Shown: positions 40,245 to 48,695, counted from the first letter of the stretch. The stretch: DNA of 64,000 bases from an uncultured Clostridia bacterium (GCA_937893125.1 CALBHW010000050.1:3847-67846); one strand, 5' to 3'. Notes: a model not told the origin generated them from the letters alone. Translations and numbers: made by a program.

Positions 40245-40958
40245 ATGGCACATGCTATGATGGAAGATATGGTTGATTTCGAATACTATGCACCTTATGA
40301 TAGCGAATGTTTTAGAAATCCTAACAGTAACGAAACCGTCAGCACACTTAACAATATTATTCGTAGAATGATTGTGAATGACAATTATGACGACAATATA
40401 GACAGCCTTACTTTTGTTGCGACAAACAATTACAAAATGGACCAAAACGTGCTTGGAAGAAATGTGTCGCCTGAGCTTTACGAAGAAAAAAAGTCGCAAA
40501 TGGGACTTAGAATTTATACGGTTATTGATACAAATGACCCTAGAAGGTATTATAGAGATGTTGACGCGCGTGGTTCAATTTCGCCTATTGACAATTCGCA
40601 AAAGTCTTATGTCGCAATTCCGCTTGTTTATACGGGGAAAGACCCAGAAAGAAGACTTGACCCATTTAATTACGACCAAAAAGATGGCCCTGATTGCTAC
40701 TCGCTTTTGTACCCACCACAATGGGAAGTTATTAGACGTAACTATCCAGAATATAAGTCTCTTATTGACACTGAAATTACAAAACGCCACGCAAGTTATT
40801 TCCACAACAAAATGTACTACTCGGAAGATAAAAAGTGCTGGGTAAAATGTGGGGTCGGTCGTGCAAGAGACCTTGTCGAACATATCACCAACAAATACTA
40901 CAATAAATATATCAAAGGACCAGTGCTTAATTCGCAAAACGCGGAGCAAAATAGATAG
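40245..40958 (+). CDS. Hypothetical protein (237 aa)
   Basis: ATG 6 nt after AGGGAGAG, followed by its own terminator. Confidence 0.55.
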   Translation: MAHAMMEDMVDFEYYAPYDSECFRNPNSNETVSTLNNIIRRMIVNDNYDDNIDSLTFVATNNYKMDQNVLGRNVSPELYEEKKSQMGLRIYTVIDTNDPRRYYRDVDARGSISPIDNSQKSYVAIPLVYTGKDPERRLDPFNYDQKDGPDCYSLLYPPQWEVIRRNYPEYKSLIDTEITKRHASYFHNKMYYSEDKKCWVKCGVGRARDLVEHITNKYYNKYIKGPVLNSQNAEQNR

Positions 40959-40975
40959 GTTTTTAAAAAACAAGT

Positions 40976-41014
40976 GAACATCGCTTTTTAGATTATAGGC
41001 GGTGTTCTTTTTTT
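40976..41014 (+). terminator. Rho-independent terminator
   Basis: 9-bp stem gaacatcgc / gcggtgttc, then T7. Confidence 0.7.
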
Positions 41015-41322
41015 GTCAATCTATTGTTGTTTTTGCTAAACTATATTTTTAGATACTTTTTTTGTAATAAATATTGCTTAATTTGCTGATAAATCCCACA
41101 TTTAGTTGTTTTTTTTTGTAAAAATAAAAAATACAATTAAGGCAAATTATTTGACCACGAAAAGAGCAATATATATAATTATAGCGTAGAAAAACTTTTT
41201 AAGTAGAAAAAAAGAAAATTGTTTTGAAAATAAAAAAATTGGTTTTAAGATATGATTTTGATAGAAAAGTGGAGAAAATCTTAAAAAATTGATATTAAAA
41301 AAGCACAAAAAAGGAGAAAAAA

Positions 41323-41820
41323 ATGTTAAAATTAGAACAATATCGCGACCCGTGGCTAAGTGAAAAAATGGGGGAATTTATAGGCTTTTATCCAAGAGAA
41401 TTTTTTGTTTTTGACAACTTTTCGTCGTTTAAAGTGTGTGTGGACGGTGTTACATATAGCACAGTTGAGCACGCATATCAAGCAACAAAATTTTTAAAGA
41501 GCGCTCCTGAAATAGCAAAGGAAATTATGGATAGTTATTCCGCTCACGACGCACAAAAAATCGCGTACAAAAATAAGGATAAACAGTGTGAAAACTGGGA
41601 CGAAATCAAACTTTCCGTTATGGAAAAGTTGTTAAGACTTAAACTGGCGCAAAATCCATATGTCAAGAAAAAATTGCTCGAAACGGGGGATTATACTATT
41701 TGCGAAGATTCGCCAAAAGATAGTTTTTGGGGAATTGGACTTGACAGAAAAGGGCGAAACGAACTCGGCAAACTTTGGATGAAATTGCGTGAAGAATTAA
41801 AAGGAAAACAAAATGTTTAA
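41323..41820 (+). CDS. NADAR (YbiA/DUF1768) family protein
   Basis: FSNF-like FDNFSSF, VEHAYQATKF and FWGIG motifs. 165 aa. Confidence 0.8.
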   Translation: MLKLEQYRDPWLSEKMGEFIGFYPREFFVFDNFSSFKVCVDGVTYSTVEHAYQATKFLKSAPEIAKEIMDSYSAHDAQKIAYKNKDKQCENWDEIKLSVMEKLLRLKLAQNPYVKKKLLETGDYTICEDSPKDSFWGIGLDRKGRNELGKLWMKLREELKGKQNV

Positions 41821-42310
41821 CGAACTAACTCAAGACGATATTGACAAAATGCAAAAGGAAATCGATTATCGAATCGCGATTTTGCGCCCACGCATTTCGC
41901 AAGAAATTGTCGAAGCAAAAGCCCACGGCGACCTTAGCGAAAATGCCGAATATCACGCAGCGCGAAAGGAAAAGGGCAAGAACGAAGGACGAATTGAATA
42001 TTTGCGCGCGATGATAAAAACGGCAAAAATTATCAAAATAAATAGCAACGCGGACGAAGTTGGAATTTTTGATAAAGTGGAAGTTTTGTTCGAAGAAGAC
42101 GGTACGACGGAAACTATGCAACTCGCGACCACAATGCAAAACGATGTCTCACAAAATATCGTAAGCAAAGAATCACCTTTTGGCAAAGCGGTTATGGGGC
42201 GACACATAGGCGACCGTGTTGAAGTGCGCGTCAGTCCCGATTATTCTTACCACGTTGTCATAAAATCAATAAAGAAAGCCACATCTGGCGTCGACCTAAA
42301 ATTAAGTTGA
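41813..42310 (+). CDS. greA: Transcription elongation factor GreA
   Basis: AKAHGDLSENAEYHAARKE coiled-coil tip and a C-terminal globular domain. Confidence 0.95.
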   Translation: MFNELTQDDIDKMQKEIDYRIAILRPRISQEIVEAKAHGDLSENAEYHAARKEKGKNEGRIEYLRAMIKTAKIIKINSNADEVGIFDKVEVLFEEDGTTETMQLATTMQNDVSQNIVSKESPFGKAVMGRHIGDRVEVRVSPDYSYHVVIKSIKKATSGVDLKLS

Positions 42311-42455
42311 TTTTAAAAATTCATAAATGATTAAAATTTAGGGTTACATAAAAAAACTAAATAAGTAGAAGTGGTAAGATAAAATTAAGAAAAAATAATA
42401 GTCCTTATAAAATTTAAGAGAAAATGTGTTCTGAAAATAAAAAAAACATTAGAAA

Positions 42456-42485
42456 AACACCCCGTTTGGAGACAAACGGGGTGTT
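42456..42485. terminator. Bidirectional terminator at the host/prophage junction
   Basis: 13-bp stem aacaccccgtttg / caaacggggtgtt. The minus-strand side is followed by a T-run. Confidence 0.75.
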
Positions 42486-42494
42486 TATGTTTAT

Positions 42495-42698
42495 CTAATC
42501 TTCTAACCCTAAAAGATAATCAACAGTTACATTAAAATATTTTGATAAAATGATAAGTTGGTTACATCTAATGTCGGATTGATTATTTTCCCACCTACAT
42601 ATAGAAGTAGCACCAATTCCGATATCTTTTGCCATTTTTTGAATAGAAACACCCTTATCTATTCTTAAATCTCTTAATTTTTCTCCAAAATTACTCAT
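42495..42698 (-). CDS. XRE-family HTH protein (67 aa)
   Basis: VSIQKMAKDIGIGATSICRWENN HTH and C-terminal DYLLGLED. Confidence 0.75.
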   Translation of the reverse strand: MSNFGEKLRDLRIDKGVSIQKMAKDIGIGATSICRWENNQSDIRCNQLIILSKYFNVTVDYLLGLED

Positions 42699-42781
42699 TA
42701 TTTTCTCCTATCCAAATTATAGCAGAAGAAAGATGTCTATGTCTTTGAAATCCCTAAAACGGGATGAAATTAAAAAAGTTG

Positions 42782-44350
42782 TTAGAGAATTTTCACTAAC
42801 AACTTTTTAGTTTGGCGGGGCGGAGGCGTTAATGTTTGAACCCCTATAAGCCCCGTTTTTTCAATATCTTTTATTGCCTCATCGGTATCGTCTTTACCAA
42901 TAAATGCCGTTTCTTTACCGCCTTTTATATTGAAATAAATAACAATTCTATCGTCATATAAGTAAAAAGCATTTATCAGGTTATCAATAATTCTTTTTTG
43001 GAAATCCTTATCGTGCGGGTCGCCTTGGATAAACTCTGTAATAAAAGTAACAATATCGTCTTTTGTGTATTGCATACCTTGCTCAATCTCAATTTTAGAT
43101 TGGTGGATAGTTAAATCGTTTAACAATTGTGTTAATTCGGTTATTTTTTTATCAAGTGTTTTAATAACTGTTTGTGATACGCCCGATACCAAAAGATTAA
43201 CTGCATTGTCAATCTCTTTTTGTGTTTTAATGCGCTCGGCTTGTATGCGTTTCAACTCGTCATTACAAGTACGCGACTCATAATATTTAATAACATCGTT
43301 TGCAATAATATTAACACGCCTTGGGTCGCTTAAATATAATTGTGTTTGCTCCACGGCATACCACTCGGCAAATCCTTTATCTTCACGCTTTTTATTACAA
43401 GTGTGTTTTCTACTTGCTTTACAACTATAATAATGATAGGTTTTGCCTGTTTTACTCGTGCCTCCGTCTGCGACCATTGGCGAGCCACAATGCCCACAAT
43501 ATAATTTACCTGTTAATAAATAATCAACCTTGGCGGAATTAGCACCCGAAAAGTATTTATTTTGACTTAATCTTTTTTGTACTTTTTCAAACAATGCGTG
43601 GTCGATAATTTGCGGATATGTGTTTGTGCATAATCGCTCGCCAAAATAAAATGAGCCTGTATATTTTTGATTTGATAATATTCGGTCAAAACTTCGCCCC
43701 TTAAATGGTTTACCATTATATCGATAACCTTTTGAGTTTAAATCGTCGGCAATATCCTTTTTTGATACACCATTAGCATATTGCTCAAACACATATTTAA
43801 CAATTGGTGCTGTTGTTTCGTTTAATTGTACAACTTTTATATTACGGGTGGCGGTTAAGGGTTTTTCAACAACCTTATATCCATAATTTATAAATCCACC
43901 TGTAAAAGTACCATTTGCGACGCTCGTGGTTAAACCTTCACGCACACGCTTTGATAATCTTTTACTATATTTTTCTGCCTCCCACTCTAAAAACATTTGA
44001 TACAATTCGCCTTCTTCACTCTCGGTAATGTTTTGGGTGGCGGAAATAACTTTGACATCATTTTGTGCTAATTGGAAGGTATACATTGTGCTATAATATC
44101 GATTACGGGCAAATCGGTCGAGCATATAAACAATTATATAACTAAAAGAGTTTGTTTTTGCGTCGTCAATCATTTTTTGAAATTGTGGACGATTAACATC
44201 AGTACCTGTTTTATGTTTATCAATATAAGTATTAATTATATTCAAGCGATGTTGTGCTGCATACTCTTTACAAACCCTAATTTGACCCTCAATTGTTTGC
44301 TCATTTTGTCCGTGTGAACTATATCGAGCATATATGACGGCATTTTGCAT
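42782..44350 (-). CDS. Large serine recombinase (phage integrase)
   Basis: N-terminal resolvase catalytic motif AVIYARYSSHGQ, then a recombinase domain and a zinc-ribbon (CGHCG...CKASRKHTC). 522 aa. Confidence 0.9.
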   Translation of the reverse strand: MQNAVIYARYSSHGQNEQTIEGQIRVCKEYAAQHRLNIINTYIDKHKTGTDVNRPQFQKMIDDAKTNSFSYIIVYMLDRFARNRYYSTMYTFQLAQNDVKVISATQNITESEEGELYQMFLEWEAEKYSKRLSKRVREGLTTSVANGTFTGGFINYGYKVVEKPLTATRNIKVVQLNETTAPIVKYVFEQYANGVSKKDIADDLNSKGYRYNGKPFKGRSFDRILSNQKYTGSFYFGERLCTNTYPQIIDHALFEKVQKRLSQNKYFSGANSAKVDYLLTGKLYCGHCGSPMVADGGTSKTGKTYHYYSCKASRKHTCNKKREDKGFAEWYAVEQTQLYLSDPRRVNIIANDVIKYYESRTCNDELKRIQAERIKTQKEIDNAVNLLVSGVSQTVIKTLDKKITELTQLLNDLTIHQSKIEIEQGMQYTKDDIVTFITEFIQGDPHDKDFQKRIIDNLINAFYLYDDRIVIYFNIKGGKETAFIGKDDTDEAIKDIEKTGLIGVQTLTPPPRQTKKLLVKIL

Positions 44351-44478
44351 AATTAACTCCTTTTAATTAGTATGGTAGTAGCAACATAAATGTCGTTACC
44401 AAAATTTAACTTGCTTGTAATTTGCTTGTAACTTGCTGAAGTTGTCAACGACATAAATGTCGCCAACATAAATATTGT

Positions 44479-45255
44479 TTATTGTTTGCTAATTATTTGA
44501 ATATTGCAACCAAACTTATTATCGATACCATTTGTTATATCTGCAATTTTGCCAATCAAAACAAAGTCGTTTTCAAACTCCAAAACAAGCATTTTTGCTA
44601 AATCTTTTTTAATACTTCCCAAAATTTGATTTGTACGCGTATTAATTGCTATTGTTGCTTCAGGATATTCTGCCGTTGGTTTATGTGTTATCAATATATC
44701 GTCGCCGATTTGACTGTTTTTAATATTTTCTTGTCTATTGTCAAAAGTTACACCAACCAATTTTGCAAACATAGGCAACTCAACATCAATAAAGTTGTGT
44801 GTAAAAGATGTTTTTATTACAAATTCGTCGTCAACATTTTCATTATCACTAGATGTATTGTTGTCAATATCCTCGTCGGGTACATCTTCGACAATCTCAA
44901 TATCTTTTGCCTCGTCGGCTGTGTAATGTTTAAAAGTACCGTCACCATATCTTACATCAAGACTTCCGTCAGGATTTTTTGCAATCAAAGTACGACCCGT
45001 ACCTTTTGGTATTGGTTGTTTTTTTATCTTTTCTTTTTTTGGTTTTTGTGTGTTATATGCTTTAACGGCAAAAACAGTAAAGAATATACCAACCGCTAAA
45101 AATAAAACACTTAACAATGATTGCCAAGTAGACATATTATCGGTATTATTGCCAATAATAACTCCCATAATAAACATTGGCAACCAAGCACCAACCGCAA
45201 TTAAAACTCTATATTTATTTTTTAAATTATAAAACCACTTCATATAAAACCTCAC
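44479..45255 (-). CDS. Membrane-anchored protein with a C-terminal HIRAN-like domain
   Basis: Two N-terminal TM helices and an acidic linker. The C-terminal ~100 aa (VGVTFDNRQENIKNSQIGDDILITHKP...ILGSIKKDLAKML) follow the HIRAN pattern. Confidence 0.5.
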   Translation of the reverse strand: MRFYMKWFYNLKNKYRVLIAVGAWLPMFIMGVIIGNNTDNMSTWQSLLSVLFLAVGIFFTVFAVKAYNTQKPKKEKIKKQPIPKGTGRTLIAKNPDGSLDVRYGDGTFKHYTADEAKDIEIVEDVPDEDIDNNTSSDNENVDDEFVIKTSFTHNFIDVELPMFAKLVGVTFDNRQENIKNSQIGDDILITHKPTAEYPEATIAINTRTNQILGSIKKDLAKMLVLEFENDFVLIGKIADITNGIDNKFGCNIQIISKQ

Positions 45256-45292
45256 ATAATTATCATTTTACCGACATTGGCAAATTCTAAAT

Positions 45293-45679
45293 TTATTTTT
45301 TTGACTCACTCAAAAGAGCGGTAGCGTAAGACAACACATCGCTTTGTTGTTTTTCGGTTAATGCAGAACAAACCGTAACAATGGCATTTTGTATTGGCGT
45401 TAAATGTTTGCCATTTGATATATTATTGTTTTGATTGTTGTTGCCAATGATACCATTATTAATACCATAATTAACATTATCTTCTAAACCCATTAAATAA
45501 CTAGGCGAAACATTGAAGTAATCGGCAAGTTTTTTAATCGAAGTGCGTTTCATATTCTCAACAGCACCACTCTCATATTTTCTAATTGCCGATTTTTGAA
45601 CGCCAATAATTTTGCCTAATTCCTCTTGCGTTAAGCCCTTTTGTAACCTTAATTGCTTTATAATATCGCTCATTTTCAT
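45293..45679 (-). CDS. cI-like phage repressor (XRE HTH)
   Basis: LTQEELGKIIGVQKSAIRKYESG. Divergent from the early operon. Confidence 0.8.
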   Translation of the reverse strand: MKMSDIIKQLRLQKGLTQEELGKIIGVQKSAIRKYESGAVENMKRTSIKKLADYFNVSPSYLMGLEDNVNYGINNGIIGNNNQNNNISNGKHLTPIQNAIVTVCSALTEKQQSDVLSYATALLSESKK

Positions 45680-45771
45680 AACTTTTACCTCGTCCAGTGT
45701 CTTTATTGTAGCATAAAGTTTCTAATAATTCAATAAAATATTCATAAAATTAAAAAATATGCGAAAAATAG

Positions 45772-45800
45772 TTGACTTTGATTTTTTTCTTTGCTATTAT
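45772..45800 (+). promoter_or_regulatory. Early rightward promoter
   Basis: TTGACT-N17-TATTAT. Confidence 0.55.
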
Positions 45801-45803
45801 GAA

Positions 45804-45823
45804 AGTGTCTTAAAAAGATACTT
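45804..45823. promoter_or_regulatory. Palindromic operator, copy 1
   Basis: agtgtcttaaaaagatactt (half-sites GTGTCTT / AAGATAC) overlaps the predicted +1. Confidence 0.5.
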
Positions 45824-45844
45824 ATAAAAATTTGGAGGTAAACA

Positions 45845-46048
45845 ATGGATAAAAAATTGTTTGAAAGCAAAATGAAATTGTACGGCGACTCTAATGTAAC
45901 GCTTGCAAAATATCTTGGTATTGCACCGCAAACATTAAGTGCAAAAAAGAATGATAATGCGGATTTTACACAAACCGAAATTGTTAAAATTAAAACAAGA
46001 TATAATTTAACAGCAGCAGAAGTCGACGCAATTTTTTTTGCAAATTAA
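45845..46048 (+). CDS. Cro-like / small HTH early protein
   Basis: 67 aa. VTLAKYLGIAPQTLSAKKN HTH. GGAGG RBS. Confidence 0.65.
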   Translation: MDKKLFESKMKLYGDSNVTLAKYLGIAPQTLSAKKNDNADFTQTEIVKIKTRYNLTAAEVDAIFFAN

Positions 46049-46067
46049 GTGTCTTAAAAAGATACTT
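46048..46067. promoter_or_regulatory. Palindromic operator, copy 2 (identical 20-mer)
   Basis: Exact repeat of 45804-45823, starting at the stop codon of the cro-like gene. Confidence 0.5.
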
Positions 46068-46084
46068 TACAAAAAGGATTAACT

Positions 46085-46273
46085 ATGAAATGGGTAACTG
46101 AAGGTAAAAAACAAATCGCCAAAGGCGATGACGGAAGATTTGAAATCGAAAAACGACGCGGTTTTTATTATGGTAAGTATATTGGCAAGGACGCAAATTT
46201 TAACTCCCCAAGGACTACCAAGATAAAAGAAATGAAAGACCATATGTGTGATAATTTTTATTGGGAGGAATAA
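46085..46273 (+). CDS. Hypothetical phage protein
   Basis: 62-aa ORF in the early operon. Confidence 0.45.
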   Translation: MKWVTEGKKQIAKGDDGRFEIEKRRGFYYGKYIGKDANFNSPRTTKIKEMKDHMCDNFYWEE

Positions 46274-46278
46274 GACAA

Positions 46279-46476
46279 ATGAAACAATCAAACCAAACCG
46301 AAAATCCATTTATTAAATTTGGCACACCAACACAATTGGTAGTAAATGGAATTAAAGAGCCTAGCGACGAAATCGCGGAGTGCTTGGAATTATTACATAA
46401 AAATCTAAACGAGGTTGTTGCGTTTACATTTTGCTTGATTAATGGCACGGTCAAGTTATATGTGGCAACGGTATAG
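46279..46476 (+). CDS. Hypothetical phage protein
   Basis: ATG 10 nt after GGGAGG. Confidence 0.5.
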   Translation: MKQSNQTENPFIKFGTPTQLVVNGIKEPSDEIAECLELLHKNLNEVVAFTFCLINGTVKLYVATV

Positions 46477-46485
46477 GTGGCGGAT

Positions 46486-46710
46486 ATGTTAAATGAAAGT
46501 TTAATTTTAAGCCGCGCCAAATGGCTTTACTTCAGCAAATGTTTATCAAATGTCGAGGCGTGTATCGAGCGTGCAATTTATGATTTGACACCAATTAACG
46601 ATTTACGCGACGCTTACGCTTTATACGATATAACAATAAATGACCTTGTGGCTCATTTTAAAAATAAAATATGGAGGAATAAAGACAATGACACAAACAA
46701 ACCAAATTAA
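46486..46710 (+). CDS. Hypothetical phage protein
   Basis: ATG 5 nt after AGGTGG. Confidence 0.5.
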   Translation: MLNESLILSRAKWLYFSKCLSNVEACIERAIYDLTPINDLRDAYALYDITINDLVAHFKNKIWRNKDNDTNKPN

Positions 46711-46900
46711 CCAAACAAACCAAAACAGCACAACAATAAAAGGATATAAAATACATCACATTTTTATCAACCTTGCAAAACCAATAAATAATGTGATTGT
46801 TGATAAAAAGACAAATAAATTGTCTTTATCACTTTTTAACTGTTGTGCTTTTTCTAATTCTTGGAAAAGACATCGCAAGGAGGTTTTGTTAAATGATTAA
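46688..46900 (+). CDS. Doubtful small ORF (low-complexity N-terminus) overlapping a stem-loop-rich stretch
   Basis: GGAGG RBS 9 nt upstream, but the sequence 46727-46849 also folds into nested hairpins. Confidence 0.3.
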   Translation: MTQTNQINQTNQNSTTIKGYKIHHIFINLAKPINNVIVDKKTNKLSLSLFNCCAFSNSWKRHRKEVLLND

Positions 46901-48281
46901 AATTTTAATTGGAGGCTCGCCTTGTACATTTTGGAGTATAGCACAAAAAAATAATAGAGAAATAACCGCAGAGGGTCAAGGTTGGGAGTTGTTTAAAAAC
47001 TATCTTATTGCAAAAGAAAAATTTAAACCAGATATATTTTTATATGAAAATAACAAATCGGCGGCACAGCCTATAAAAGACCAAATTAAACAAGAGTTAA
47101 GTGTTGACGAAATCAATAACCACTATATTGAAATAAATTCGGCTCTTGTTTCTGCACAAAACCGACAAAGGTTTTATGTACATAATTGCGGAAATGTAAA
47201 ACAGCCCGAAGATAGACACATTTATTTAAAAGATATATTACAACCAACACTAATTTTAAATGAAGGTTACGAATTAAAAAACATCAAACGCTTCCCTCAA
47301 TATGGAAATCAGGATAAATCAAGACCAATCACAGCACATTATCCTAATAATTGCGGAGGTTGGTTTGATAGAATTAATGACCCAAATCCAGCAAAGCAAC
47401 AAATTGATATGATTGCCGAGCCTGTAATACTTCAACGACCACACGGATTTAATAAGGGTGGTGTTAAAAAAGAAAAAGCACCAACAATAACAGCAAATGG
47501 TGCATATCAAGAAAATAATTTAATAAGCGAGCCGATAAGACTTGGCGATATAGGAAGTAGTAGCCAAGCACATCGTGTTTATTCTTATCAAGGTAAAAGT
47601 GTAACCATAAATGCAGGTGGCGGAGGTCAAGGTGGTAAAACAGGACTCTATGCCTGCCCTGTTAAACTTGGAGAGATTGGCAAAGGCGGTCAAGGTAATA
47701 GGATTTATTCGCCAAATGGCAAATCGGTTGCACAAACAGCACAAAGTGGAGGCGTTGGCTCAAATACGGGATTGTATTTTTGCCCAATAACCATAACAAG
47801 CGAGGACGGCACAAATATACCAGTTTATACAGTAAAAAATAATTACATTTTTATAAATAACAAAGAGTATCCAATCCCATTAGATGACGGGTATTACATT
47901 ATAAGAAAATTAACCCCTATCGAGTGTGAAAGATTGCAAACAATGCCCGACAATTATACTGAAGGTGTAAGTAATGCACAAAGATACAAAGCACTTGGCA
48001 ATGGTTGGACGGCGGAGGTTGTATTACATATTTTAAACAATGCTTTAAAAGATGTTTCAAAGGACGAGCAAATCGTTGTTTTGTCAATGTATGACGGAAT
48101 TGCAACGGGCCGCTATATTTTAGATAAATTAGGATTTAAAAATGTTACTTATTATGCTTATGAAATTGATAAATATGCAATACAAATCGCTCAAAAAAAC
48201 TATCCTGACATAATACAATGTGGCGACGCTTTTGCGGTACGCAATGAAAATTGGAGGTTAAACAATGAAGGTAACGAATAA
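46893..48281 (+). CDS. DNA (cytosine-5)-methyltransferase with a circularly permuted motif order and a tandem TRD-like duplication
   Basis: Motifs in order: IV GGSPCTFWS, VI FLYENN, VIII SAQNRQRFY, IX RKLTPIECERLQTMPDNY, X LGNGWT, then I LSMYDGIATG, II YAYEID, III QCGD. Confidence 0.85.
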   Translation: MIKILIGGSPCTFWSIAQKNNREITAEGQGWELFKNYLIAKEKFKPDIFLYENNKSAAQPIKDQIKQELSVDEINNHYIEINSALVSAQNRQRFYVHNCGNVKQPEDRHIYLKDILQPTLILNEGYELKNIKRFPQYGNQDKSRPITAHYPNNCGGWFDRINDPNPAKQQIDMIAEPVILQRPHGFNKGGVKKEKAPTITANGAYQENNLISEPIRLGDIGSSSQAHRVYSYQGKSVTINAGGGGQGGKTGLYACPVKLGEIGKGGQGNRIYSPNGKSVAQTAQSGGVGSNTGLYFCPITITSEDGTNIPVYTVKNNYIFINNKEYPIPLDDGYYIIRKLTPIECERLQTMPDNYTEGVSNAQRYKALGNGWTAEVVLHILNNALKDVSKDEQIVVLSMYDGIATGRYILDKLGFKNVTYYAYEIDKYAIQIAQKNYPDIIQCGDAFAVRNENWRLNNEGNE

Positions 48282-48504
48282 AGAAAAAGTTATAATTAAC
48301 ATTTTTGATAGCAATAAAAATATTGCTCAAAACATCATAGTTGACAAAAAGGACCGTGAAAAAGTAATCGAAAAAATAAACAACTTACAAAGACGCAAAA
48401 ATCAAGACCCAATATCTTTTATTTTAGACAAATTGGAGTCAAGCAAGGATATAACAATTGAGTATTTACCTTGCGAAGATATTTATATTAATGGAGGACA
48501 ATAA
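48265..48504 (+). CDS. Hypothetical phage protein
   Basis: 79-aa ORF with a GGAGG RBS, overlapping the methyltransferase end. Confidence 0.5.
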   Translation: MKVTNKEKVIINIFDSNKNIAQNIIVDKKDREKVIEKINNLQRRKNQDPISFILDKLESSKDITIEYLPCEDIYINGGQ

Positions 48505-48506
48505 AA

Positions 48507-48695
48507 ATGGAAGATAATACATTTTATCCAACTTGCCGATATTGCGGCAAACAAAAATTACCAATGGCAAATTATGAAAGCCAAGAGGTGGCGGACGAGG
48601 CAGCGACTATTAGTTGCGATTGTTACGACGCCAAAAACTATCAATATGAATTAGAAAAGAAAAGCGAGCGCGAAAAAAACATTGTTAAATTATGA
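48507..48695 (+). CDS. Small Cys-rich phage protein ending at TGA
   Basis: CRYCG...CDC pattern and a GGAGG RBS. Confidence 0.55.
   Translation: MEDNTFYPTCRYCGKQKLPMANYESQEVADEAATISCDCYDAKNYQYELEKKSEREKNIVKL

Noticed and set aside
40245-41820. The unknown 237-aa protein plus NADAR as a DarT-like ADP-ribosyltransferase/NADAR toxin-antitoxin pair.
   Set aside because: The two genes are separated by a strong terminator and 360 nt. The upstream protein shows no ART signature (H-Y-E or R-S-E) that I can see. The NADAR protein looks like the common stand-alone YbiA type.
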